Assembly (NCBI GenBank): GCA_035638775.1
Contig: DASQZJ010000005.1
Location: forward strand, 728-64,727
DNA from: Gammaproteobacteria bacterium
GTDB taxonomy: Bacteria > Pseudomonadota > Gammaproteobacteria > UBA5335 > SLRW01
Direction: 5' to 3'
Length of the DNA: 64,000 nt
Shown piece after piece: positions 1 to 8,539 of this stretch. Each line of letters begins with the position of its first letter. Position 1 is the first letter of the stretch. Below the pieces are notes generated by a model. That model had not been told where the DNA came from. It searched no databases and worked only from the letters and a program-made list of their open reading frames with translations. Both the position numbers and the translations under genes were made by a program.

Positions 1-309
1 CTCACGATTCGAGGAGTTGATCGTTGCAGCGCGAATCCCGAGCCTCTCTGCCGCTTCGATCTGATTGCGCATTAAAGCGAGGAGAGGCGAGATAATCAGG
101 GTCGGGCCCTTTCCTTCGTCACGAAACACCCTTGTTGCGATGAAGTAAACGGCGCTTTTCCCCCACCCCGTGCGCTGTACCACCAACAGCTTTCGCCGGT
201 CATTAACCAAAGTGGACACGGATTCCCACTGCCCATCGCGAAAATCGACACCAGGATCATCGAGAGCTTGTCGCAGTAGTTTCCTGCCAGCATCGGCGCT
301 CAGCGGCAT
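1..309 (-). CDS. RecQ-family SF2 DNA helicase, N-terminal 103 codons only (gene runs off window)
   Basis: Not in the ORF track because it is open at the edge. My minus-strand translation from ATG 309..307 reads MPLSADAGRKLLRQALDDPGVDFRDGQWESVSTLVNDRRKLLVVQRTGWGKSAVYFIATRVFRDEGKGPTLIISPLLALMRNQIEAAERLGIRAATINSSNRE. It has helicase motif I (TGWGKS) and motif Ia (SPLLALMRNQ), as in RecQ-like helicases. GAGGGAG lies upstream of the ATG. Confidence 0.8.
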   Translation of the reverse strand, partial: MPLSADAGRKLLRQALDDPGVDFRDGQWESVSTLVNDRRKLLVVQRTGWGKSAVYFIATRVFRDEGKGPTLIISPLLALMRNQIEAAERLGIRAATINSSNRE

Positions 310-439
310 TGGAAAACGGCTCCCTCAGTATTGTTGACGTTTGTTTTCCGGGACGGCCCTTCAGCACGCGTCGGGCCAGTGCGGCGTAGCGCCCAGGCCA
401 CCTATTACCTTAAACGCAGCACCTCCAAACGTGATCTGC

Positions 440-826
440 GGAAGAGCGGCACGTCGTGAGGTTCACGGGACCTCACGCACAACACCCATCGCATTCACGG
501 TTCGTAGTCCATCAATTACGCTTCCCGGCGCAACGCATCGTCGCGGCATTCCTTCGCGCAAACCTTGGGGAGGCCCCGCAATGCTCCGCTCTCGCCCTAA
601 TTGTTGGCGGCCAAGTAGTTGCGCGCCGCTACGATTTCGCCCTCGCCGTAGTTGACGATCAAGCCCCACAGGTGTCAAGCGACACCCAGTGTTGCGCATC
701 CGGCCAGTGCGCGGACTCACCCCATCGCCTGCGCCGCCTCGCGGGACGCAGACCCCGGTGCAAGATGCGCCGCACCAGCAGCTCTCCACCATGGATCGTT
801 AATCGGGTATTTTTGTGAGTGTTCAT
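440..826 (-). pseudogene. Decayed IS481-family transposase N-terminal (HTH) remnant, no DDE core
   Basis: The minus-strand ATG at 826..824 gives MNTHKNTRLTIHGGELLVRRIL..., resembling the conserved IS481 transposase start (MNTHK.ARLT). The continuation is only recoverable by frame hopping: ..REAAQAMGVSPRT.. in a second frame and ..EHCGASPRF.. in a third. Several stops are present. The lower boundary is approximate. Confidence 0.4.
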
Positions 827-1468
827 TCGGGCCTTGGAGTCTTGGTTGGGTTGGCGCCTCCAATGCTCCGCGTAAGTCCCGAATGAACGGATCGGGTGTT
901 GATCGCCCCCCTGACAACGGGACGCCCGCGCCAGAGTTAAGGCAATTCACTCTGCGAGAGAAAACCGCAGGTATCCCGCGACCCTCGGCCCAGGGCTTTC
1001 CGGACGGTCCGTCGGGTGGCTGATGCCGTGATAAACCGGGAAGTAGGGGTCGCTCACGAACTCGTCGTGAACGTCCGCGAGTGCTTGTGCTAGTGTATCG
1101 GAAGAGGGAGGCGGCCACCGCCAGAAGTGGTGATTCCGTTCTTATCGTGTCAGTACGTTACCGGTCCGGATAGGAACGCCAGTGCGCGCACACTGACTCC
1201 CACCGGCCGAAACGGAATCGCATGTAGGCGTGAACAAACACGCCATTGTGCATTGCCATTTCCGGCCGTCCTTCTTGAGGGGCGAGTTCAAGCTCGCCGG
1301 CTCCGACACACACCGGGTTGCGTCGCGCTCAGAACGCTCCTGGTGCCTCGGCTCAAAAAGGAGACGGTGGCCGCCTTCCTTGTCCCTTAGAGGACGTTAG
1401 TAATTCTACTCCCGGGGCAACCTTCGTAAACAACTTCTCAAAACCTTCTCGTAAAACTGCGATGCGGA

Positions 1469-2677
1469 TCATATTTGCCGCATCGCTGCCGCCCCATCCC
1501 GCAACTCATCCAGAAAGTCAGCCCACGCCTGCATCATTTCCCGCCGTTCCGGCAGATATTCGGCGTAGTTGTAGGTGGCCCGCGTCTTGTTCTTGTCCAC
1601 GTGCGCGAGTTGCCGCTCGATGGCCTCGGAGGCCCAACCCCGTTCATGCAGCATCGTGCTCGCCATGTGCCTCAGACCATGCCCTGTAAGGTCTTCCTTG
1701 CTGTACCCGAGCCTGTGCAGAGCCCCGTTGATCGTGTTCTCGGACATGCACGAGTCCCGGTGGTCCCGGTTGGGAAAGACGAAGTCCCCCTCCCCGGAGG
1801 TCTTGGGGTGCAGGTCTCGCAGGATGGCCAGAGCCTGTCGTGAGAGTGGCACGATATGCTGTCGGTCGCTCTTCATTCTCTCGACCGGCACACGCCATTC
1901 TGCTGCCTGGAAGTCGATTTCCGACCACCGTGCGGAGCGGAGGTTACCGGGACGCATGAACACCAGCGGCGCGAGTTTCAGGGCAGAGCGAACGACGAAG
2001 GTTCCGTGGTAGCCGTCAATTGCCCTTAACAGGGCGCCGATCTGCCGGGGATCGGTGATGGTGGCGTAGTGCTTCGTCTTGTGCGGCTTGAGAGCTCCGA
2101 TGAGATCGGCCGCCGGATCTCTCGACGCGCGCGAGGTCACGATGGCGTATCGGAACACCTGGCTGCACAGGGAGCGGACGCGGTGCGCCGTATAGACCGC
2201 GCCCCGATCCTCGATGCGACGCAGGCACCGCAAGAGCTCCGGTGCTTCGATCTCGCTGACGGGTCGTGATCCGATCCAGGGGAACACCTCGTTTTTGAGG
2301 CGGGAAAGAACCCTGTCAGCGTGCCGGCTGGTCCACTTGGACTCGTTGAGCCTGTGCCACTCCCTGGCGATTTTCTCGAAGCTGTTGGCGGCGGCTTCCG
2401 CGCGAGCTTCCCGAAGGGCCCGGCGGTTGGCGGCCGGATCAACGCCGTCGGCGATCATACTCCTCGCCTCTTCCCGGCGGTCGCGTGCCTTCTTTAACGA
2501 GACCTCGGGGTAAGTCCCCAGCGCGATCCGCTTCTCCTTGCCGTTGAAGCGGTACTTGAATCGCCACCACTTCCCGCCCCTGGGCGAGATCTCCAGGTAG
2601 AGACCGCGTCCGTCGGTGAGGCGGTAGTTCCTGTCCCTGGGCTTGGCGTTGTCGATGCGGGCAGCACTGAGAGGCAT
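1469..2677 (-). CDS. int: Tyrosine recombinase / phage P4-type integrase (intact)
   Basis: ORF 1469..2758 trimmed to Met28. The N-terminus NYRLTDGRGLYLEISPRGGKWWRFKYRFNGKEKRIALGTYPEVSLKKARDRR is the P4/CP4-57-type arm-binding domain. The C-terminal catalytic region has HGLRH and a downstream Tyr (ATYNYAEY). It is adjacent to a tRNA 3' end. Confidence 0.92.
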   Translation of the reverse strand: MPLSAARIDNAKPRDRNYRLTDGRGLYLEISPRGGKWWRFKYRFNGKEKRIALGTYPEVSLKKARDRREEARSMIADGVDPAANRRALREARAEAAANSFEKIAREWHRLNESKWTSRHADRVLSRLKNEVFPWIGSRPVSEIEAPELLRCLRRIEDRGAVYTAHRVRSLCSQVFRYAIVTSRASRDPAADLIGALKPHKTKHYATITDPRQIGALLRAIDGYHGTFVVRSALKLAPLVFMRPGNLRSARWSEIDFQAAEWRVPVERMKSDRQHIVPLSRQALAILRDLHPKTSGEGDFVFPNRDHRDSCMSENTINGALHRLGYSKEDLTGHGLRHMASTMLHERGWASEAIERQLAHVDKNKTRATYNYAEYLPERREMMQAWADFLDELRDGAAAMRQI

Positions 2678-2731
2678 TTGGGGCAACTCCTGGGGGCGAC
2701 TCCCGTTAGTCCATGGCATGTGCCCCCAATG

Positions 2732-2750
2732 TTGCCCCCACTTGGGGCAA
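2732..2750. promoter_or_regulatory. Inverted repeat TTGCCCC-cactt-GGGGCAA in the integrase upstream region
   Basis: Perfect 7-bp arms read directly from the sequence. TTGGGGCAA recurs at 2678-2686, overlapping the int start codon. TGCCCCCA occurs at 2721-2728 and 2733-2740. Confidence 0.4.
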
Positions 2751-2789
2751 AAATCCAAGCTTTTTGAGGCGGTCGCAACAGCGCGTTTC

Positions 2790-2817
2790 CAAACAAAAAC
2801 CCCGCTATCACGCGGGG
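2790..2817 (-). terminator. Rho-independent terminator downstream of tRNA-Cys
   Basis: The minus strand reads CCCCGC-GTGATA-GCGGGG followed by TTTTTGTTT, about 25 nt after the tRNA-Cys 3' end. Confidence 0.6.
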
Positions 2818-2842
2818 TTACGATTGGTATTACCTTGAAATG

Positions 2843-2916
2843 TGGAGGCTAGGGCCGGAATCGAACCGACGTCCACGGATTTGCAGTCCGCTGCATAACC
2901 ACTCTGCCACCTAGCC
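2843..2916 (-). tRNA. tRNA-Cys (anticodon GCA)
   Basis: The reverse complement is GGCTAGGTGGCAGAGTGGTTATGCAGCGGACTGCAAATCCGTGGACGTCGGTTCGATTCCGGCCCTAGCCTCCA. The acceptor stem GGCTAGG/CCTAGCC pairs. The anticodon loop is CTGCAAA. A TTCGATT T-loop and encoded CCA are present. Confidence 0.95.
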
Positions 2917-3023
2917 GTTGTCCCGCACCGACAGGTTTCGCGCGCGGCCCTGCCGGACTTTGGCAGCCTGCAGAAGCGAAAAAACCCCGATCCGGCGACC
3001 GAGGTTCTCGGGTAACGGAAATT

Positions 3024-3099
<76 letters not shown>

Positions 3100-3158
3100 T
3101 TCGCTTTCGGCTGTCTATTGTATCGGCGGGCTCCGGGGTGTCAAGCCGCCGCGGCGGC

Positions 3159-3734
3159 CTAGGACGCGCCCCCCGGCCGGTCCTCGTTGAGCACCGGCCA
3201 TGCCGCGCGGAGATACTGGATCATCGACCACATCGTGAGCGCCGCGGCGAGGTACAGGCCGGCCACGCCCAGGCGGTAGGCCGGCACGCCCGGGAGCCCG
3301 TGCCGCAGCAGCAGCAGCACCACCGCCGCCATCTGCACCGTCGTCTTGAGCTTGCCCAGCACGGAAACCGCTACGCTGGCCCGCTTGCCCAGCTCCGCCA
3401 TCCACTCGCGCAGGGCCGAAACCGTTATCTCCCGGCCGATGATGATCGCCACGGGGAGCGCCATCAGGATCCGCGGATCCTTCTGCAGGATCGCGATCAG
3501 GGCCACCGCCACCATCAGCTTGTCGGCCACCGGATCCAGGAACGCGCCGAACGCCGAGGTCTGTTGCCAGCGCCTCGCCAGATACCCGTCCAGCCAGTCG
3601 GTCGCGGACGCCAGCGCGAACAGGAAGGCCGCGGCCATGCCCGACCAGCCGAACGGCAGGTAGAAGGCCACCAGGAACAGCGGGATCATCACGATGCGCG
3701 CGACCGTGAGCATGTTGGGGATGGTGGGGCTCAT
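3159..3734 (-). CDS. pgsA: CDP-diacylglycerol--glycerol-3-phosphate 3-phosphatidyltransferase
   Basis: ORF 3159..3746. It has the CDP-alcohol phosphatidyltransferase motif DWLDGYLARRWQQTSAFGAFLDPVADK. It is colinear with E. coli PgsA from the ATG at 3734 (MSPTIPNMLT). A GTG at 3746, overlapping the uvrC stop, is an alternative start. Confidence 0.92.
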   Translation of the reverse strand: MSPTIPNMLTVARIVMIPLFLVAFYLPFGWSGMAAAFLFALASATDWLDGYLARRWQQTSAFGAFLDPVADKLMVAVALIAILQKDPRILMALPVAIIIGREITVSALREWMAELGKRASVAVSVLGKLKTTVQMAAVVLLLLRHGLPGVPAYRLGVAGLYLAAALTMWSMIQYLRAAWPVLNEDRPGGAS

Positions 3735-3742
3735 GGCCGGTG

Positions 3743-5566
3743 TCACGCCTCGTCGGGATGAAAGCTGTCATAGATGCGCTGGGCCAGCTGGCTGCTGATC
3801 CCCGGCACGCGGGACAACTCCAGCACGTCGGCCCGCGCCACCTGGCGGATGCCGCCGAACTGCCGCAGGAGCTCCCGGCGACGTTTGGGTCCGAGTCCGG
3901 GAATCGTCTCGAGGCTGGAAGTCCGGCGTGCCTTGGCCCGCCGTTGCCGGTGTCCGGTGATCGCGAACCGGTGCGCCTCGTCACGGACCTGCTGGATGAG
4001 CTGCAACGCCCCCGAGTTCGGCGGGAGTATAATGGGGGTGTCGCGCCCCGACAAGAAGAGTTGTTCCAGGCCGGGCCTGCGGCTGGGCCCCTTGGCCACG
4101 CCCAGCAGCTGGATCTCGTCGACCTGCAGCTCCGCCAGGGCCTCTTCGGCCTGCGCCAGCTGGCCCCTGCCACCGTCGATCAGCAGCAGGTCCGGGAGCA
4201 CCGCCTCCTCCCGCTTGAGGCGGCTGTAGCGGCGCCGTACGGCCTGCCGGATGGCCGCGTAGTCGTCGCCCGGCGTGACGTCACGGATGTTGAAGCGGCG
4301 ATAGTCGCTCTTGATCGCCCCCTCCGGGCCGAACACCACGCAGGACGCGACGGTGGCCTCCCCCATGGTGTGACTGATGTCGAAGCACTCGATGCGCGAG
4401 GGCGCCTGCTCGAGTTCCAGTGCCTCCTGCAGCTCCGCCAGCCGTTGGGCACTGCCCGCGTCCGCGGCCATCCGCATGGCGAGCGCCTGTTCCGCGTTCT
4501 CGCGCGCCATCGCCACGCGGCGGGCCCGGTCGCCGCGCAGCCGATGGCGGATCGCCACCCGCCGGCCGGCGTCCTGCGCCAGCATCCGCTCGAGGGTCTC
4601 CTCCTCCTCCACCGGTCCGTCGGTCAGGACCTCGGACGGGGCCTTGCGCTCGGCGTAGTACTGCGCCAGGAACGCCGCGCGCAGCTCCGGCTCGCCGGTG
4701 TTCTCGGGCACGCGCGGGAAATAGCTCCGGGTTCCCAGTTGACGTCCACCCCGGATGGTGCCCACCGCAACGCAGCAGAGTGCCTCCGAGCGCACCGCCG
4801 CGATGACGTCGAAATCGCCGCTGCCGCCGCTGACGAACTGCTTCTCCTGCACCCGGCGCAGCTCGATGATCTGGTCCCGGCAGCGGGCTGCCAGCTCGTA
4901 CTCCTGCGCTCCGGCGGCTTCCTCCATGCGCCGGGCGAGCTCGTCGATCACCCGGTTGCTGCGCCCTTCCAGGAAGTGGACCGCGTGCTCCACGTCGCGG
5001 GCGTATTCCTCGCTGCTGATGTATCCCACGCACGGGGCCGAGCAGCGCTCGATCTGGTACTGCAGGCAGGGCCGGCTGCGGTTGGCGAAGAACGTGTCCT
5101 CGCACTGGCGGATGCGGAACAGCCGCTGCATCTCCCGCAGGGTCGCACGCACCGCCCCGGCGCTCGGATAGGGTCCGAAATAGCGCCCTGTGCCGCGGCG
5201 CGCGCCGCGGTGGAAACCGATGCGGGGAAAGGGATGATCGCCCGACAGGTAGATGTACGGATAGCTCTTGTCGTCGCGCAGCAGCACGTTGTAGCGGGGC
5301 CGGTGCTCCTTGATCAGGTTGTTCTCGAGCAGCAGGGCCTCCGCCTCGGTGCGGGTGATGGTGACTTCCACCTGCGCGACCCGCGCCACCATCGCCCGTG
5401 TCTTGGGCGAGGCGACGTCGTTGCGGAAGTAGCTCGAAACCCGGCTGCGCAGGCTGCGTGCCTTGCCCACGTAGATGATCTGCCCCTGCTCGTCCAGCAT
5501 CCGGTACACGCCGGGCCGGGTCGGCAGTGTCTTCACGAAGGCGGCCGGATCAAACCCCTGCGTCAC
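3743..5566 (-). CDS. uvrC: Excinuclease ABC subunit C
   Basis: ORF 3743..5920 trimmed to the in-frame GTG at 5566 (VTQGFDPAAFVKTLPTRPGVYRMLDEQGQIIYVGKARSLRSRVSSYF, the GIY-YIG domain). The result is 607 aa with a C-terminal (HhH)2. uvrY-uvrC-pgsA synteny supports the call. Confidence 0.93.
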   Translation of the reverse strand: MTQGFDPAAFVKTLPTRPGVYRMLDEQGQIIYVGKARSLRSRVSSYFRNDVASPKTRAMVARVAQVEVTITRTEAEALLLENNLIKEHRPRYNVLLRDDKSYPYIYLSGDHPFPRIGFHRGARRGTGRYFGPYPSAGAVRATLREMQRLFRIRQCEDTFFANRSRPCLQYQIERCSAPCVGYISSEEYARDVEHAVHFLEGRSNRVIDELARRMEEAAGAQEYELAARCRDQIIELRRVQEKQFVSGGSGDFDVIAAVRSEALCCVAVGTIRGGRQLGTRSYFPRVPENTGEPELRAAFLAQYYAERKAPSEVLTDGPVEEEETLERMLAQDAGRRVAIRHRLRGDRARRVAMARENAEQALAMRMAADAGSAQRLAELQEALELEQAPSRIECFDISHTMGEATVASCVVFGPEGAIKSDYRRFNIRDVTPGDDYAAIRQAVRRRYSRLKREEAVLPDLLLIDGGRGQLAQAEEALAELQVDEIQLLGVAKGPSRRPGLEQLFLSGRDTPIILPPNSGALQLIQQVRDEAHRFAITGHRQRRAKARRTSSLETIPGLGPKRRRELLRQFGGIRQVARADVLELSRVPGISSQLAQRIYDSFHPDEA

Positions 5567-6218
5567 GGCTTTCTGCCTCGCTGAGCAATCGTCGCGCCGT
5601 GGCGAACACGGCGGCGAACATCTCCCCCGTGAGCCGCCCCGTCTGGGTGTTGTAGCGGCTGCAGTGATATGAATCCAGCAGCCAGCGCCCCTGCCCCAGC
5701 CGGTGCATCCGTCCGTGTCCGAACGGAAGCTCCGCCTGCCGGCGGCCGAATGCTCGCGCGACCGCCCGATGGGCCACGCCGCCCAGCGCCAGCACCACCC
5801 GGGGTGCATGGCCGCACCGCAGCTCGCGCCGCAGGTAGGCATTGCAGGTGTGGACCTCCGCGCCCGTGGGCTTGTTGCCCGGCGGCAGGCACTTGACCGC
5901 GTTGGTGATCCGACAGTCACGCAGCTCCAGCGCGTCGTCCGCGCGCCGGGACACCGGGGCGCTGGCGAAGCCGAACGCGTGCAAGGTCCGGTACAGCAGG
6001 ATGCCGGCGTGATCCCCGGTGAACGGCCGCCCTGTCGCGTTGGCGCCGTGCCGCCCCGGCGCCAGCCCGACGATCACCAGGCGCGCTCCGGGAGGGCCGA
6101 ACGGCGGCACCGGCCGGCAATGATAGCCCGGATGCTCGTGCGCCACCTCATCCAGGTGGGCCGCGAGCCGGGGACAGCGGCGGCAGTCCGGATCGAACGC
6201 GGGAGTCTGCTGGGACAT
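5550..6218 (-). CDS. Uracil-DNA glycosylase, family 4-type
   Basis: It has DCRRCPRL (Fe-S Cys), LVIVGLAPGRHGANATGRPFTGD and NAVKCLPP motifs. Its 3' end overlaps the uvrC start by 17 nt. Confidence 0.8.
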   Translation of the reverse strand: MSQQTPAFDPDCRRCPRLAAHLDEVAHEHPGYHCRPVPPFGPPGARLVIVGLAPGRHGANATGRPFTGDHAGILLYRTLHAFGFASAPVSRRADDALELRDCRITNAVKCLPPGNKPTGAEVHTCNAYLRRELRCGHAPRVVLALGGVAHRAVARAFGRRQAELPFGHGRMHRLGQGRWLLDSYHCSRYNTQTGRLTGEMFAAVFATARRLLSEAESRDAGV

Positions 6219-6304
6219 GCCGGGATTTTCGCATACCGCGGCAACCGGCGCATTCGCGGAAAATATTCCCGTTCGATCTGAGAAAGGGCCTGCAAGTCTT
6301 TGCG

Positions 6305-6958
6305 TTACTTGTTATTGTCCGAGTCGCCCACGATCCCGTGACGGATCGCGAGATGGGTCAGCTCGACGTCGTTGGCGACGCCGAGCTTCTCGAACAGGCG
6401 GTAGCGGTAGGTGCTGACGGTCTTCGGGCTGATGAACAGCCGGTCGGAGATCTCCTGGATGGCGTGGCCCTGCACCACCATCAGCATGATCTGCATCTCC
6501 CGCTGGGACAGCTTCTGGAAATTGTTCCCGCCGCCGTGCCCCGGCAGTCCCGAAATAGCCAGGCTGCGCGCCACGTCGGCGTCGATGTAGACGTCGCCCC
6601 GGCTGACCCGCTGGATCGCGGTAATGATCTCCTCCGCCCCGCAGTCCTTGGTCAGGTAGCCGGCGGCACCGGCTTCCAGCAGGCGGCTGGGATAGGGATC
6701 GTCGGTATGCACCGACAGAGCGATGATGCGGATCGCAGGATCCTGGTGCAGCAGCTTCCGGGTCGCCTCCAGACCGCCGATGCCGGGCATGCTCACGTCC
6801 ATCAGGACCACCTGCGGCCGGTGGCTGCGGGCGAGCTGGATGGCCTCCTCCCCGGACTCGGCTTCCGCCACCACCTCGATCTCCGCAGTGTCCGCCAGCA
6901 GCCGCCGGATGCCGGTACGCACCAGCTTGTGGTCATCCACCAGCAGGACCCGGATCAT
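6305..6958 (-). CDS. uvrY: Two-component response regulator, NarL/LuxR family (UvrY/GacA type)
   Basis: It has a receiver domain (MIRVLLVDDH...VVLMDVSMPG) and a LuxR HTH (LSQREMQIMLMVVQGHAIQEISDRLFISPKTVSTYRYRLFEKLG). It sits upstream of uvrC, as uvrY/gacA does. Confidence 0.88.
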   Translation of the reverse strand: MIRVLLVDDHKLVRTGIRRLLADTAEIEVVAEAESGEEAIQLARSHRPQVVLMDVSMPGIGGLEATRKLLHQDPAIRIIALSVHTDDPYPSRLLEAGAAGYLTKDCGAEEIITAIQRVSRGDVYIDADVARSLAISGLPGHGGGNNFQKLSQREMQIMLMVVQGHAIQEISDRLFISPKTVSTYRYRLFEKLGVANDVELTHLAIRHGIVGDSDNNK

Positions 6959-7010
6959 GCTCTCGTGGCCTCCACGTATGCCGCGTCACCCGGGGCGGGC
7001 GGCGGAACCT

Positions 7011-8348
7011 CTACATGTGCTTGATGACCGCATCGCCGAAGCCGGAGCAGGTCACCAGGGTCGCTCCCGGGATCAGCCGCTGCACGTCCTCCTCGACCGT
7101 ACGCTTGCCACCCTGGGCGCCCTGCTCACGGCGTGGACCGGTGAAGGCGGTGCGGACCCGCGCCAGGTCGTAGGTCACGGTCTTCGCCGCGATGGCACCG
7201 CCGACGCCCTTGAGGATCAGGTCGGCCGCCTCGGTCCAGCCGATATGGCGCAGCATCATCTCCGCGGACAGGATGATCGAGCCCGGGTTGACCCGGTTCT
7301 TGCCCGCATACTTGGGGGCGGTGCCATGGGTGGCTTCGAACACGGCCACGCCGTCCCCGGTGTTGGCGCCGGGGGCGATGCCCATGCCGCCGACCTGGGC
7401 CGCGAGGGCGTCGGAGATATAGTCGCCGTTGAGGTTCAGGGTGGCGATGACGTCGTACTCCTCGGGCCGCAGCAGGATCTGCTGCAGGAAATTGTCCGCG
7501 ATCACGTCCTTGACCACGATGTTGCGGCCGGTACGCGGGCTCGCGAATTGGCACCACGGGCCGTCGCCGATCACCTCGGCGCCGAACTCCTCGCGGGCGA
7601 CCTCGTAGCCCCAGTCGCGGAACGCACCTTCGGTGTACTTCATGATGTTGCCCTTGTGCACCAGGGAGACCGAGTTGCGGTCATCGTCGATCGCGTGCTG
7701 GATGGCCTTGCGTACCAGGCGCTGCGACCCCTCCCGCGAGACCGGTTTGATGCCGATGCCGGAGGTGTTGGGAAAACGGATCTCGTTGACGCCCATGTCG
7801 TCCAGCAGGAAGCGGATCACCTTCTTGACTTCCTTGGACCCGGCCGGCCACTCGATGCCCGCGTAGATGTCTTCCGTGTTCTCGCGGAAGATGGTCATGT
7901 AGGTATGCTCGGAGTCCTTCATGGGCGTCGGGGTGCCCGGGAAGTACCGGATCGGCCGTATGCAGGCGTACAGGTCCAGGATCTGGCGGATGGCGACGTT
8001 GAGCGAGCGGTAGCCCTTGCCGACGGGAGTGGTCAGCGGCCCCTTGATCGAGACCGCGTACTTGCGCATCGCGTCCAGCGTCTCCTCCGGCAGCCACTGG
8101 TCCTCGCCGTACAGCTTCGCCGCCTTCTCGCCGGCGTAGATCTCCATCCAATGGATCTTGCGCTTGTTGCCGTAGGCCTTCTCCACCGCGGCATCGACCA
8201 CCCGGCGCATCACCGGCGTGACGTCGATGCCGATACCGTCACCCTCGATGAAGGGAAGCACCGGCTTTTCGGGAACGTTCAGGGAGTAGTCCGTGTTAAC
8301 GGTAATGCGCTTTCCCTCCCTGGGAAGCTGGATCTTGCTGTAGGCCAT
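7011..8348 (-). CDS. icd: NADP-dependent isocitrate dehydrogenase (homodimeric type) with a C-terminal insertion
   Basis: This is the last 445 codons of ORF 7011..9776, starting [17 protein letters not shown]. It is colinear with E. coli Icd, including the phospho-loop [10 protein letters not shown] and [17 protein letters not shown]. It carries an extra ~27 aa before the last ~22 residues. Confidence 0.93.
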   Translation of the reverse strand: MAYSKIQLPREGKRITVNTDYSLNVPEKPVLPFIEGDGIGIDVTPVMRRVVDAAVEKAYGNKRKIHWMEIYAGEKAAKLYGEDQWLPEETLDAMRKYAVSIKGPLTTPVGKGYRSLNVAIRQILDLYACIRPIRYFPGTPTPMKDSEHTYMTIFRENTEDIYAGIEWPAGSKEVKKVIRFLLDDMGVNEIRFPNTSGIGIKPVSREGSQRLVRKAIQHAIDDDRNSVSLVHKGNIMKYTEGAFRDWGYEVAREEFGAEVIGDGPWCQFASPRTGRNIVVKDVIADNFLQQILLRPEEYDVIATLNLNGDYISDALAAQVGGMGIAPGANTGDGVAVFEATHGTAPKYAGKNRVNPGSIILSAEMMLRHIGWTEAADLILKGVGGAIAAKTVTYDLARVRTAFTGPRREQGAQGGKRTVEEDVQRLIPGATLVTCSGFGDAVIKHM

Positions 8349-8471
8349 GTGAACCTCGAGTGCAGGTAAGTGTTCAGCCGGCGGATCGGACCGTCGCTCC
8401 CGGGCCCCGAGCCGGATGGTATCACGGAATCCCCCGGACGGCGCATGCCAGGGTGTCCCGCACGGCCGCGC

Positions 8472-8510
8472 AAAAAGAAAGGGCCCGGAACGGCTTCCCG
8501 CCCCGGGCCC
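8472..8510 (-). terminator. Rho-independent terminator after aceA
   Basis: The minus strand reads GGGCCCGG-(14 nt loop)-CCGGGCCC followed by TTTCTTTTT, about 30 nt after the aceA stop. Confidence 0.7.
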
Positions 8511-8539
8511 GGCTCGACCTGCTTCCGCAGTGGTCGACG

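Larger units (their letters stand above)
1..2842. mobile_element. Edge of an integrated genomic island abutting tRNA-Cys (integrase, IS remnant, helicase cargo); continues past window start
   Basis: An intact integrase gene starts ~165 nt beyond the 3' end of tRNA-Cys on the same strand. Region 310-1468 looks AT-richer by eye than the rest of the window and has no intact ORF. It is followed by a helicase gene open at the window edge. The far att site is not in the window. Confidence 0.6.

Noticed and set aside
955-1118. Minus-strand stretch ...LAQALADVHDEFVSDPYFPVYHGISHPTDRPESPGPRVAGYLRFSLAE* that looks protein-like
   Set aside because: There is no start codon after the preceding in-frame TAA, and I recognise no family. 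It is probably a C-terminal gene fragment, which is not annotatable.
1203-1224. ggccgaaacggaatcg, vaguely similar to the tRNA-Cys T-arm (ggccggaatcgaa), as a possible att remnant
   Set aside because: The match is interrupted and short. It is not convincing as a direct repeat of the tRNA 3' end.
1158-1259. 33-codon minus-strand ORF MAMHNGVFVHAYMRFRFGRWESVCAHWRSYPDR with an AAGGA box upstream
   Set aside because: It is too short, and I recognise no family. It is kept only as a note. Ribosome profiling or conservation would be needed.
341-1390. Six overlapping 87-133-aa track ORFs in the island spacer
   Set aside because: None has a recognisable motif, a Shine-Dalgarno or a coding-like composition. 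The region is better explained as decayed DNA containing an IS481-like stub.
2979-3013. Possible terminator (T6 run after GC-rich segment) between tRNA-Gly and tRNA-Cys
   Set aside because: The only closing stem I could draw is 5 bp with a 17-nt loop, which is too weak to annotate.
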